64,000 nt of DNA from Planctomycetota bacterium (GCA_031403195.1 JANNSZ010000061.1:1653-65652); one strand, 5' to 3'; shown: positions 1 to 9,769, counted from the first letter of the stretch. A program made the numbers and translations. Notes: a model not told the origin generated them from the sequence alone.

Positions 1-884
1 TTTGCCTTCAACGTGCGCTCAAAAAACGCAATCACACGATCGACGATCTCTGGGCTCTGCACGCTGTGACCGACTCCGGGCATCAGTTCGAGCGTGGCAT
101 CGTTGTCAAACTCCCGCAGCCACTCATGCAGTAATTCGCTCTGAGTGGAGGGAACCGTCCGGTCGGCGGTTCCATGAAAAATGAAAAACGGGGGCAGCCC
201 TTTGCGGACATACGTGAGGGGGCTGGCCACTTTTGCAAGCGATTGCACCTCCTCCGGCGTCGGCCGCTTGAGGAGCGCCTCCACTGCCTCGAGGTTGCTC
301 GGCCTCCCAGGACCGGCAGTCGTGGGCCGCTGGGAGATCTCCGCAAGCATCGATGGGAAATCGGAGGGGCCATACCCATCCACCACGGCCTGCACGCTGC
401 TGGAAACACCGGTCACTCCCACATCTCCTTCGAGCTCTGGAACATCGCCGCTGGTGCCCAGGAGCGCCGCGAGATGACCTCCGGCCGACAACCCCATCAC
501 CCCGATGCGATCGGGGTCAATCCCATGCTCGGCTGCATGTGACCGAATCCAGCGCACCGCCGCTTTGCAATCATGAATCTGCGCAGGAAACGCGGCCTCG
601 CTCGTGAGCCGGTAGTTAATTGAAGCCACCACGAAGCCGCGATCCACCAAGGGAAGGCAGCGTGGATTCTCTTTGGAGCCCGAATACCAGCCGCCTCCGT
701 GAATCCAAATCACACACGGCGCTTGTTTGCTTTCGGATCCCTTGGCCGGGTACACGTCGAGCAGCAGTGGCTTGCCTTCAGCCTGGGCGTAGACAATGTC
801 TTTGACCGGCTGTTCTGCAAACCCCGCGGGCTGCCCGAACGCCAGAGCTCCAGCGACGACGATCGCCGTCCATCGGAAGTGCAT
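1..884 (-). CDS. alpha/beta hydrolase (esterase/lipase, HGGG type); 3-prime end lies outside the window
   Basis: Own minus-strand translation from ATG at 884-882: MHFRWTAIVVAGALAFG (signal-like). It then shows VIWIHGGGW (oxyanion-hole motif), GLSAGG nucleophile elbow, FHGTADRTV and GVGHS. The frame stays open to nt 1, which is presumably why it is missing from the ORF track. Confidence 0.8.
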   Translation of the reverse strand, partial: MHFRWTAIVVAGALAFGQPAGFAEQPVKDIVYAQAEGKPLLLDVYPAKGSESKQAPCVIWIHGGGWYSGSKENPRCLPLVDRGFVVASINYRLTSEAAFPAQIHDCKAAVRWIRSHAAEHGIDPDRIGVMGLSAGGHLAALLGTSGDVPELEGDVGVTGVSSSVQAVVDGYGPSDFPSMLAEISQRPTTAGPGRPSNLEAVEALLKRPTPEEVQSLAKVASPLTYVRKGLPPFFIFHGTADRTVPSTQSELLHEWLREFDNDATLELMPGVGHSVQSPEIVDRVIAFFERTLKA

Positions 885-921
885 GATCGCTCGTGCCCAA
901 TCGGCACGGCCACAGGACGAC

Positions 922-2235
922 TCAGCCCGCGGCCGGCACCGGCACCGTCACGGGATGTGATGATGGTACCGCATCCATCGCCACGACCTCGTAGCGGAAC
1001 GAACCTTCGCGGAGATCGAGCGTGCGCAGGGGAATGCGCGGCTTGACGGGCACAGCGGAAGGAACTGTCTCGGGAAGGATCGACGACACCGCCACCACGA
1101 CATCCTCGACGCCGATATCGTCCATCAATGCCTTGCCTGTGGGCCAGGCCGATGCCCGCGGCTTCATCCATGCGGCGAGCCGCTCGGCGAGGGTTGGCAC
1201 GACCCGCGACGATCGCACGACCACCGCCCGCGGGCTCCACGGCGACCACTGATTCGGATCGGTCGGCCCATACAGCACGGCCACGGGCACGCCATGCGAC
1301 GCTGCCATATGGCACAGCCCGGTGTCGACCCCCACGCAGGCATCCATTTGGGCCACGACGCCGCTCGCTTCGCGGAGCGAAAGGTCCTCTGTGAGGTCGT
1401 GAACATGCCCGGCCACGTCGCTGCCCACAGCAGCTCGCAGGGCATCATGGGTTGGAATGTCGCCACGGCCACCGCAGAGCACGACCTCGCAGCCTCGGGC
1501 GTCTACAAGCCACTCGACCAGCGCCACCCAGCGATCCAGCGGCCAATGTTTTTTCTCGTCGGTGCTCCGCACGGCCATAAACACCCGCGGCCGGCCGGCC
1601 GGCAGTGGCGCGAGTCGTGCCTCAATGCGGCTGCGAACTATTTCCGCCGTCCAGTTTTCAGCGTGCCCGTCGTCGATGGCGATGCCGTCGCACCGCAGGA
1701 GATCAAGGTAGCGGGATGCCTGGTGACGCCCGCGCGGCACTGGGATCGAACGCGTATGAAAAATGCGGCCGTCGCCAGCCAGCCCGATCCGCTGCGGGAT
1801 CCCAGCCAGCGCCGCCATCAGCCCGGCCGAGAGCGATCGCTTCAGGAGATAGACGCGACCATACCGCCGTCCTGCGAGCCACGCGGCCTGGCTGCGGATC
1901 GAGGCGAGGGACGACGCGAGCGTGCGGCGCCCGGCGGGCCGCTTCCACGAAATGAACCGATCGACGTAAGGGCAGTCGGCGAGCACATCCCGCGCAGCCC
2001 CTTCGGCACAGATCTCAATCGACGCCCCGGGAAACGCCCGGCGGAGATTTCGCAGGAACGGAATCGCAAGCACCGTGTCGCCGATGTACTTGGTGCAGAC
2101 GACGAGGATCCGCTCCTCAGCGTGGCCTGCCTCGGGCGGTGACTCCCTCCTGCTCATGCGCGCGAGGGTAGACAACCAGGGCCGCTGCCGCAGCGCCGTT
2201 TTAGAGCCTGTCCGAGAACCGGTCGTGAGCCTCAA
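922..2235 (-). CDS. glycosyltransferase family 9 (ADP-heptose:LPS heptosyltransferase-like)
   Basis: 437-aa ORF. ILVVCTKYIGDTVLAIPFLRNLRRAFPGA near the N-terminus and VDTGLCHMAASHGVPVAVLYGPTDP near the C-terminus are typical GT9 (RfaF/WaaC-like) motifs. The true start is probably the internal ATG at 2157 (MSRRESPP). Confidence 0.85.
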   Translation of the reverse strand: MRLTTGSRTGSKTALRQRPWLSTLARMSRRESPPEAGHAEERILVVCTKYIGDTVLAIPFLRNLRRAFPGASIEICAEGAARDVLADCPYVDRFISWKRPAGRRTLASSLASIRSQAAWLAGRRYGRVYLLKRSLSAGLMAALAGIPQRIGLAGDGRIFHTRSIPVPRGRHQASRYLDLLRCDGIAIDDGHAENWTAEIVRSRIEARLAPLPAGRPRVFMAVRSTDEKKHWPLDRWVALVEWLVDARGCEVVLCGGRGDIPTHDALRAAVGSDVAGHVHDLTEDLSLREASGVVAQMDACVGVDTGLCHMAASHGVPVAVLYGPTDPNQWSPWSPRAVVVRSSRVVPTLAERLAAWMKPRASAWPTGKALMDDIGVEDVVVAVSSILPETVPSAVPVKPRIPLRTLDLREGSFRYEVVAMDAVPSSHPVTVPVPAAG

Positions 2236-2549
2236 GGTCGAGCGAGCGGCAGGCTGGCCAGGAAGGCGAAGCAGGCGAATCCAGGGAGATTCGTCGATGC
2301 AGCCTGACGCCGTCCAGCGTGCCGCGCAGCCGACCGACGGCAGACAAGGTGCTCGGACAGCCTCTCACTGGCCTGAAGCGGGCCGCCTGAGACACGAACG
2401 CCGCTTGGCCTCGTGGCCCTTAACCCGTTGCCTCGTAAGGGATTTCGACCCAACGGCCAGCCCGCCTACGGCGAAAACCCAGGGGATCCACGGGGTGTTA
2501 CAGTTGGCCGGTTTGTGCCACCGGTTTGCCGCACGTCCCATCGCGCCTC

Positions 2550-4091
2550 ATGAACCACGACTCCCGCCTGCCACTCTGGCCGATGCTCGCGATCGCCGCA
2601 GGGGGCCTGGTCCTGGCCTACGCCAACGGGTTTCGCGGCACCTTCGTGCTGGATGACGTGGTGGAGATCGTGGAGAACGAGTCCATCCGCACGCTCTGGC
2701 CGCCCTGGGTCCCGATGTTTGAGGGGGGTCAGCTACCGCATCGGCCGCTCCCCTATTTCACATTTGCCCTGAACTACGCTGTTCACGGGCTCACCGTCGG
2801 GGGATACCACGCGGTGAATCTTGGCCTGCACTGCCTGAACGCGTGGATGGTCGCCCTCATCATCACGCACGTGCTCCGTCTGTCGGGCTGGCGGCTGCCA
2901 CCGCGGATCCCAGCGGAGTGGGTGGGGACCGCAGCGGCCTGCATCTGGCTGGTGCATCCCTTACAGACGCAGGCGGTGACGTATATCTACCAGCGGATCG
3001 AGATCATGGGGGCCACCGCGACCTTGGCGACCGTGCTGTGTTTTCTCCTGGCGGAGACCAGCCGCCGCGGCACGTTCTGGCGCGGCCTCGCGGTGGGCTC
3101 GTGCCTGCTGGGGTGCCTCTGCAAGGAAACCGTGATCGCGGCACCGGTGCTGGTGTTGCTCTGCGACTGGATCGTGCTGCGGACAACCGTGCAGACTATT
3201 GTGACGAAGCGGTTGCCGTTCTATGCCGGCCTGTTTGCGTGCTGGCCGCTGGTGGTCTTGCTCGTGAAGTTCCAGGCCGACCGCTATTCCGAATCGAATG
3301 GGCTCGGCTACGGGCCGCTGACCTATCTGGCCAATCAGCCGGCCGTCATTGTCTGGTATCTGCGGCTTACCGCCTGGCCCACGCCACTCTGCTTCGACTA
3401 CGGCTGGCCCGTGTACCAGAACTGGCACCTTCTATTGCCCTGGTGTCTGCTTGTGGGCGCGCCTCTGGTTGGGGCTGTGTACTTTGGTATCCGGCGGCAG
3501 TTGGCCGCACTGCCACCACTCATGTTCTTCACGCTCCTGGCACCCACGTCCAGCCTCGTTCCCTGTAACGAGCTGTGCACCGAGCACCGGATGTATGCCG
3601 CTCTGGCCCCGCTTTCCGCGGTAGTCGCCTTCGCGATCGCCCGCGGTGTGGAGTGGGCCGCCTTGCGGCGTGCGCCGCTTGGACCCGCATGGCGTCGGGC
3701 CGCGGCCTTTGGGCTCGCCATCGCCGCGCTGGTTGGGCCGCTGGCGGCCGTGACCGCAGCCCGGAACACCTGTTATTATTCACGGCTTGAACTGCGGATC
3801 GACACCGTTCTCAAGGCCTTTTCAAATCCGCGGGCCCACCGCATGCTGGCCTGCGAGCTGGTCAACCTCGGCCGGCCACACGAGGCCCTCGGCTTGCTCC
3901 AAAACGCGATCGACCTTCAGCCCCGCTATCCCCTGGCGTACGCCAACTTGGGGCAGGTTTACGAGGCGCTGGGGCAGGTAGACCAGGCGATCGAGGCCTA
4001 CGAACACGCGGTCGAACTCGACCCCGCAAACGCGGTAGTGATGGCGCGGCTCCGGCTGCTCAAACCGGGAACTCCCGGACCGGCTCGCTGA
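2550..4091 (+). CDS. polytopic membrane protein with C-terminal TPR repeats (TMTC/PMT-like putative glycosyltransferase)
   Basis: ORF 2526..4091. N-terminal FVLDDVVEIVENESIR, HRPLPYFTFALNY and GYHAVNLGLHCLNA, followed by many hydrophobic segments, resemble TMTC/DUF1736-type proteins. The C-terminus has TPR-like repeats (AYANLGQVYEALGQVDQAIEAYEHAVELDP). ATG at 2550 is preferred over the alternative start at 2526. Confidence 0.72.
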   Translation: MNHDSRLPLWPMLAIAAGGLVLAYANGFRGTFVLDDVVEIVENESIRTLWPPWVPMFEGGQLPHRPLPYFTFALNYAVHGLTVGGYHAVNLGLHCLNAWMVALIITHVLRLSGWRLPPRIPAEWVGTAAACIWLVHPLQTQAVTYIYQRIEIMGATATLATVLCFLLAETSRRGTFWRGLAVGSCLLGCLCKETVIAAPVLVLLCDWIVLRTTVQTIVTKRLPFYAGLFACWPLVVLLVKFQADRYSESNGLGYGPLTYLANQPAVIVWYLRLTAWPTPLCFDYGWPVYQNWHLLLPWCLLVGAPLVGAVYFGIRRQLAALPPLMFFTLLAPTSSLVPCNELCTEHRMYAALAPLSAVVAFAIARGVEWAALRRAPLGPAWRRAAAFGLAIAALVGPLAAVTAARNTCYYSRLELRIDTVLKAFSNPRAHRMLACELVNLGRPHEALGLLQNAIDLQPRYPLAYANLGQVYEALGQVDQAIEAYEHAVELDPANAVVMARLRLLKPGTPGPAR

Positions 4092-4263
4092 AGTCTGCCC
4101 CGCAGACGGCGCCGCGCACCGGGCTCGGGTGTGGCGACCTCACCGCATCCCCTGCGGCAGACGGTCATCCACACTCATGCTGAATCAGAAAGCGATAGAC
4201 TCATCCGTGGTGTTAGTACGAGATCGTCGGATTGAGCATTCTGATCACGCTGAGAAAACCGCC

Positions 4264-4665
4264 ATGATGTGCTTCAAGCCTGCATTCCGTCGAGTTGCCT
4301 CCACCCCCTGGGTGCGAGTCGTCTTGATTGCCACGTGCGGCGCGATCGTCGGGTGTGAGTCGGGTACAGGCATCAACTACGAGATGAACAGTTCCAACGT
4401 TGCGCAGCATCTCAGCTACGACGAACATTACCCGTTTGTGGGGTTATGGAAACTGCAGGCCAGCGACGAGTTTGGATTGGCGATCGACAAAGGGCTCGAT
4501 GGAAATTACAGGATCTGGTCCTGTAGCCCACGGGGCTCAACGGAAGTTGATTCGCTGAGCCCGACGACGTTGATCGACGACGCGAATTTCAAGATCATCA
4601 ACGATGATCGGATCGAGATCATCGACAAAAGTGGCCAACCCCAGACGTACGTCCGCTTTGAATGA
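4264..4665 (+). CDS. hypothetical lipoprotein (low-GC gene)
   Basis: Internal ATG of ORF 4129..4665 gives MMCFKPAFRRVASTPWVRVVLIATCGAIVGCESG, a signal peptide with a lipobox-like IVGC. I recognise no family. G+C is visibly lower than in the flanks. Confidence 0.55.
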   Translation: MMCFKPAFRRVASTPWVRVVLIATCGAIVGCESGTGINYEMNSSNVAQHLSYDEHYPFVGLWKLQASDEFGLAIDKGLDGNYRIWSCSPRGSTEVDSLSPTTLIDDANFKIINDDRIEIIDKSGQPQTYVRFE

Positions 4666-4750
4666 CGCGGCGCAAGGCACCCGCTACCACGGTCGGCGAT
4701 GCTCCCCAGACGCCAAGCAGCCACCCAACCGTCGGTGACCACCGTCGCGT

Positions 4751-7700
4751 TTACCGCGCGAAGCCGACGAAGAAGCTGAACAGCTGCTCGCTGTCGAACG
4801 GCGCGGCAACCACTGGGACGGCGAAGTCGAGCGCGATCGGAGCCGGGCCCATGGCGGGGATCGTGATCCGCAGCCCGAAGCCCGGAGCCACGCGCATGTT
4901 GTTGATCGAGACGTTGCTCTCGACGGTACCGAAGTCGGTGAAGACGACACCGCGGAGCGAGTCGTCGGCCGTGATGGGGAAGAGATATTCGACCGTGTTG
5001 AGCCACTGAAACGGACCGCCGACGATCGCGAGCTGGCCGTTCGGGCCCGCCTGACGGGGGCTCGCCCCGCGGAACGTGAAGCCGCGGAGGGTGTTGTAGC
5101 CACCGGCAAAGAAGTTGTCGTAGGCCGGCGTGTCGGGGCCGCTCATGCCGACCACCGAGCCGACCGAGAGGACATGCCGCCCCGAGCCGTCGGGCCGCTC
5201 ACGCATCAGAAAATACTGCCGGCCTTCGAGGATGCCACGCGGGTAGGAAAAGGTGCCGATGACCTGCTCGAACTCAAACGTCGCCAAGTGGCCCTGGGTT
5301 GGCAAGAAGGGGCTGTCGCGGGTGTCGTGGATGATGCCCGCGGAGAACCCGTACACGCCGTTGGTGCCGAGCATATTCACGATGTCGGGTGCCTGTATCC
5401 GCGAGTCGAACACATCCACGCTCTCGCCACGGAAGCCGGCATTCACGGAGAGGTCGGGCGCGAACTGAAACTGGTACCCCAGGCCCACGCGGCCGCCGGT
5501 GCGAGCTTCGGCCCAGTCGAAGAAGTAGCGGGTGTAGTACGACGCCGAGAGCGTCATGCCGATGCGGGTGTCAAACAGGTAGGGCTCCTGGAACGTGGCC
5601 ATGTACCGCTGGAGCTGCGTGCCAGGAGAGGCCTCGAGCCGGAACCGCTGGCCCGCACCACGGAAGGCGACGCCGTTCTTGATGTCGTCCCAACTGCGGG
5701 GCAGCCTGAGGATGTCGAAGTTTTGCTCGTCGACGACGATGTTGCCCACGAGGCCGGCATTGGAGTTCACACCGGCACCAATCATGAGGCGGCCCGTCTG
5801 CGTCTCCTCAGCCTCGACGTCGAGAATCACATAGGGCTCGTTGCCGGGGAACACGTTGGCACTGCCGCCAGCGAAGTCGGGCATCGCCTGCGGCTGGAAT
5901 CCCGGAGGCTGATTGGGATCACCCTGCAGTCCGGGCAATGCCTGGCCGCCGCCGACCGGCTGCTGCACGGTGTAGACCGGCGGTGGGGGCGCGGTCATGC
6001 GGGCATAATCCAGCGCCTCGGGGCCCGCGGGCGCTAGCGGCTGACCACCCCACGGGCTGACTGGTTGCTGCTGCACAGCCGGCTGCAGAAGAGGCTGCTG
6101 TCCGGCAAAGGGCTGAGTCTGCTGCACCGGCTGCACGGGCACCGCCGGCGCGGGCTGCCACGCGGGTGGCTGCTGTGCCGCGAAGGGCTGTGGCTGAGGC
6201 GGCGCGTACTGCGGCTGAGGCTGGGCGTACTGCGGACCGGGAGCCGGCGCTGCCGGTTGCCCATACACAGGCGCTCCCGGCTGCGCGTAGGGAGATTGCG
6301 GCTGCGGGTACTGGGGCGGCATAGCCTGCGGCGGTGCGTACTGTTGCTGCGCGTACTGCGGGGTCACCGGATAGCCTGGGCTCTGCCCGCGCCACACGGG
6401 CTCGTGCACCATGCTCGACGGTGGTGGTGCCTGCGGCGCGACACCCGATGCGGGCAGCGCGATCGCTGGCTCTGCCGTGTCAACGCCCTCTTCAAAAATC
6501 ACCAGGTCGATCACGGCGTCATCTTCGCCATCGGGGCTCTGACCGCGGACGCGAGGCTTGCCGGCCAGCTGCACGTCATCGTCTTCGGGCTTCGAGAAGC
6601 TGATCTTCGGCCCCTCACCCTTGGCTGGATCGGCCGCGAAGAGGGAGCTTGACTTCAGCCGCCGCTCGTCGTCGCGGAGCTTGCGGATGTCGAGGATGTC
6701 ACCGGGCCGCAGCGACAGCCGATTGAGCACCACGCCATGTTTCGTGTGCGGATGCTCGCCCTTGATCTTCACGTTGATCTTGCCGACGCGATACCGCTGC
6801 CCCTCGGAGACGTTGTAGACTAGGTCGAGCTGCCCCGGCTCTTCCAGGAATCGGGGATCGGCGCGGATGTCGGCGAACACGAACCCACGCCCACCGTAGA
6901 TGTCGCGGATGAGGTTGAGATCGGCATCCATCTTCGACTGGTTGAATGGCTCGCCGCCCTTGAGCTTGATGTCCCGCTCGAGGAACTCCGTCTTGAACTT
7001 CGAGTTGCCGACAAACGACACATTGCGGACGTTGTAGCGCGGTCCCTCGCTGATCACATACGTGAGGTGCGTCCAGTCACGGATGCCCTCGCGGACGACG
7101 TTGACCTCGCGGCCCACCTTCGCCTGAAAGAAGCCGAGGCTGCGGTAGTAGGCGGTGAGGGCCTCGATATCGGCATCGATCTTCGCCTGGTCGACATCGC
7201 CGCCGAGGAACCAGAAGACGCCGGGCTTCGTCTTCACCTGGGTGAGGAGCCGGCCGTCGCTGGCGATGGAGTTGCCTACGAAGCTCGTCCAGAGTGCCTT
7301 GCGGGACTGCCCCTCGTCGATGAGGAACACTGCGCCCTTGTCGCCGGTCTTACTCCCCTCGACGGTCGTCACGCGGGCTGCCTCATAGCCCTTCTCATGG
7401 TAGAAGCTCTCGATCCGTCGCCGAGCCTCCTCGATCACGTAGGGGTCCATCGCATCGCCCACATCGATCTCCGACTTCTTGCGGAGCGTGCGGCCGGTGT
7501 GCCGGTAGTTGCCGACATACTTCACATACCGAATCGTGGGCCGCTCGACGACCTGGAAGATGACGACCACGCCGTCGGACACGCGGACATACTTCGGATG
7601 GATGTCGACGAATTTCCGCGACTTGTGGAGCGTGCGAACGTCTTCCTCGATCGACTGCGGATCGAAGACCTGGCCCGCGCGGGTGACGAGCTTGGGGAGC

Positions 7701-8056
7701 CGCGAGACTTCCACCGTCTCGTTGCCCTCGATCCGCACCTCGACGACGAGATCGTCAGGCTGCGATGCCGGAAGGCTGCTCGCCTGAACCGGGGGCAAGG
7801 CCTGGATGCCCGCCGGCTCCTGGGCAGCGAGGCCTCGCGCGGCCGCCAGAACCGCGACCGCCGCGACGGCAAACCGACAGACGGACGCGAACGCGGCCGG
7901 GCGGAAGTGTGTGGCAGATGAAGACAAGGGATCGCTGCCGGGGGGAGATGTCGGCGAAAGCCGCGGAGGAATAGACGAGCGACCCGCACCCCCACAAGGT
8001 GAAAACTGCCCGCGGCCACCAGACTCGCGAGAATGGCCACGCCGGCGTTTACCCAA
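4751..8056 (-). CDS. bamA: outer membrane protein assembly factor BamA (Omp85/D15 family) with a long P/Q-rich linker
   Basis: 1101-aa ORF with POTRA-like repeats (VEVRIEGNETV..., IRYVKYVGN..., VRNVSFVGNSKF..., YRVGKINVKIKG...). The C-terminal 360 aa are a beta-barrel ending in FSFFVGFAR (aromatic terminal region), with a GAGVNSNAGLVGN start. The start is uncertain: TTG at 8056 or TTG at 7927, the latter giving MSSSATHFRPAAFASVCRFAVAAVAVLAAARGLAAQE. Confidence 0.85.
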   Translation of the reverse strand: MGKRRRGHSRESGGRGQFSPCGGAGRSSIPPRLSPTSPPGSDPLSSSATHFRPAAFASVCRFAVAAVAVLAAARGLAAQEPAGIQALPPVQASSLPASQPDDLVVEVRIEGNETVEVSRLPKLVTRAGQVFDPQSIEEDVRTLHKSRKFVDIHPKYVRVSDGVVVIFQVVERPTIRYVKYVGNYRHTGRTLRKKSEIDVGDAMDPYVIEEARRRIESFYHEKGYEAARVTTVEGSKTGDKGAVFLIDEGQSRKALWTSFVGNSIASDGRLLTQVKTKPGVFWFLGGDVDQAKIDADIEALTAYYRSLGFFQAKVGREVNVVREGIRDWTHLTYVISEGPRYNVRNVSFVGNSKFKTEFLERDIKLKGGEPFNQSKMDADLNLIRDIYGGRGFVFADIRADPRFLEEPGQLDLVYNVSEGQRYRVGKINVKIKGEHPHTKHGVVLNRLSLRPGDILDIRKLRDDERRLKSSSLFAADPAKGEGPKISFSKPEDDDVQLAGKPRVRGQSPDGEDDAVIDLVIFEEGVDTAEPAIALPASGVAPQAPPPSSMVHEPVWRGQSPGYPVTPQYAQQQYAPPQAMPPQYPQPQSPYAQPGAPVYGQPAAPAPGPQYAQPQPQYAPPQPQPFAAQQPPAWQPAPAVPVQPVQQTQPFAGQQPLLQPAVQQQPVSPWGGQPLAPAGPEALDYARMTAPPPPVYTVQQPVGGGQALPGLQGDPNQPPGFQPQAMPDFAGGSANVFPGNEPYVILDVEAEETQTGRLMIGAGVNSNAGLVGNIVVDEQNFDILRLPRSWDDIKNGVAFRGAGQRFRLEASPGTQLQRYMATFQEPYLFDTRIGMTLSASYYTRYFFDWAEARTGGRVGLGYQFQFAPDLSVNAGFRGESVDVFDSRIQAPDIVNMLGTNGVYGFSAGIIHDTRDSPFLPTQGHLATFEFEQVIGTFSYPRGILEGRQYFLMRERPDGSGRHVLSVGSVVGMSGPDTPAYDNFFAGGYNTLRGFTFRGASPRQAGPNGQLAIVGGPFQWLNTVEYLFPITADDSLRGVVFTDFGTVESNVSINNMRVAPGFGLRITIPAMGPAPIALDFAVPVVAAPFDSEQLFSFFVGFAR

Positions 8057-8116
8057 CCTGCGATCCTTGACTGGTCAACTGAAACGGCGTTAGTTTCAAG
8101 GCTTTCCTGGCACGCC

Positions 8117-9286
8117 ATGCCTCCAATGATCATTGATCTGCGTCGCACCGAGGACGCACGGGACGTGGTACACCGGGCTGTCCAGGCTTTAGCGGAAGGA
8201 CGGGCGGTCGCCTTCCCGACCGAGACCGACTATGTCGTGGCCTCGTCGGCGCGGGAGCCGTCGGCGACCGAGGCGCTCGTGTCGATGGCTCTGGCGCGGG
8301 ACCGTGAGCCGCTGCTCTCGCTCGCCCTCAAGAGTGCCGACGAAGCCCTCGACTGGGCGCCGCGTATCACGCCGGTGGGCAGACGCATCGCTCGGCGGTG
8401 CTGGCCCGGGCCCATCTCGATCATCGTGCCCGACGATCATCCCGAGAGCCTCGTGCGGCGGCTGCCGCAGGCTACCCGCGAGGCGGTGACGGGTGAGGGG
8501 CGGCTTCGCCTCCGCATTCCGGGCCATCCGATGCTCGCCGACTGCATGCGGATGCTTGCGGGCCCGGTGATGCTCGCTGAGCCCACGGGCCCTGGCGGCG
8601 CGATCGTCACCGCTGAAGAGGTGGCGGAGATGGGTGGCGATCGGCTGGCGCTGGTGCTCGATGACGGCCGCGCGCGGTATGCCCAGCCGATCTCGACGAT
8701 CGAGCTTGTTGGTGAGACCTATCGCGTGGTGCGGCCCGGCATCGTGGCCGACGACACGCTGCGCCGGCTGGCCAGCCTGATGGTGCTCTTTGTGTGCACG
8801 GGCAACACCTGCCGCAGCCCGATGGCCGAGGCGATCTTTCGGGCACTCGTGGCGAAGCGGCTGGGATGCCGGCCCGACGAAATCGACCAGTTCGGTGTGG
8901 TCGTGTCGAGCGCAGGGCTGGCGGCATGGGCCGGCGGCCCGGCGAGTGGTCACGCGATCGAAATCGCTGCCGAGGCCGGGGCCGATCTTCACCATCACGA
9001 AAGCCAGCCACTGACCGAGTCGCTCGTTCGCCAGGCCGACATGATCCTCACAATGACGGCCTCTCACCGGGCCGCCCTGCTCGCACAGTTTCCCGAGGCC
9101 GGGGGCCGCGTCACCCTCCTCTCCCCGGACCGCCGCGACGTGAGCGACCCCATCGGCGGGAGCCTCGACACCTACCGGTCCTGTGCGGGCCAGATCCGCC
9201 AGCACTTGGTCGCCAGACTGGATACACTAGGGCTCCCAGAGGCTGGCCAGGCAGGCCCGCCAGGTGACCCACCAGGAAGTAGTTGA
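8117..9286 (+). CDS. fusion protein: L-threonylcarbamoyladenylate synthase (Sua5/YrdC/TsaC domain) + low-molecular-weight protein phosphatase domain
   Basis: N-terminal half has AVAFPTETDYVVASSA and a YrdC-like fold signature. The C-terminal half has the CX5R(S/T) P-loop LFVCTGNTCRSPMAEA and a later DP motif (DVSDPIGG). The ORF opens at 8033, but ATG 8117 (MPPMIIDLRR) fits the family N-terminus. Confidence 0.85.
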   Translation: MPPMIIDLRRTEDARDVVHRAVQALAEGRAVAFPTETDYVVASSAREPSATEALVSMALARDREPLLSLALKSADEALDWAPRITPVGRRIARRCWPGPISIIVPDDHPESLVRRLPQATREAVTGEGRLRLRIPGHPMLADCMRMLAGPVMLAEPTGPGGAIVTAEEVAEMGGDRLALVLDDGRARYAQPISTIELVGETYRVVRPGIVADDTLRRLASLMVLFVCTGNTCRSPMAEAIFRALVAKRLGCRPDEIDQFGVVVSSAGLAAWAGGPASGHAIEIAAEAGADLHHHESQPLTESLVRQADMILTMTASHRAALLAQFPEAGGRVTLLSPDRRDVSDPIGGSLDTYRSCAGQIRQHLVARLDTLGLPEAGQAGPPGDPPGSS

Positions 9287-9292
9287 AGATTC

Positions 9293-9769
9293 ATGCGGAT
9301 TGCGATCGGCAGCGACCACCGTGGTGTTCAGGCGAGGCTCAGGCTCGTCGGGCTTCTCGAGCGGCTGGGTAATGAGGTGGTGGACTGTGGCTCGATCGGC
9401 GAAGAGCCGGTCGACTATCCCGACGTTGCTGCTGACGTTTCGCGACGCGTGGCCGACGGCAGTGTGGACCGCGGCATTTTGCTGTGCTGCACCGGAGTCG
9501 GCATGGCGATCGCCGCCAATAAGGTGCCGGGTATCCGGGCAGCTACCTGTCACGACGAAGTGACCGCCGAGATGAGTCGGCGACACAACGATCTCAACGT
9601 GTTGTGTCTCTCCGCCGAGATGCTCGGTCAGGACTTGCAGGAGAAAGTCATCCGCACCTGGCTGGCGACATCCTTCGAGGGAGGCCGCCACGCCCGCCGC
9701 GTCGCGAAGATCACCGCCCTCGAGCCTGCCTGCGGCGACGGCGAGCCCGCCGAAACGCCGAGGGGCTAA
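9293..9769 (+). CDS. rpiB: ribose-5-phosphate isomerase B
   Basis: MRIAIGSDHRGV..., ILLCCTGVGMAIAANKVPGIRAA and a 158-aa length are classic RpiB/LacAB family features. It starts 7 nt after the upstream stop. Confidence 0.92.
   Translation: MRIAIGSDHRGVQARLRLVGLLERLGNEVVDCGSIGEEPVDYPDVAADVSRRVADGSVDRGILLCCTGVGMAIAANKVPGIRAATCHDEVTAEMSRRHNDLNVLCLSAEMLGQDLQEKVIRTWLATSFEGGRHARRVAKITALEPACGDGEPAETPRG

Noticed and set aside
2236-2525. Possible fifth, degenerate family B copy in the GT9 / TMTC-like divergent spacer
   Set aside because: It shares GGCCAGGAAGGCGAAGCAGG (compare AGCCAGGATGGCGAAGCG) and CACGAACGCCGC (compare GCGAACGTCCGGC). However, the spacing is about 70 nt longer and I could not find complementary outer arms, so it is too weak to call.
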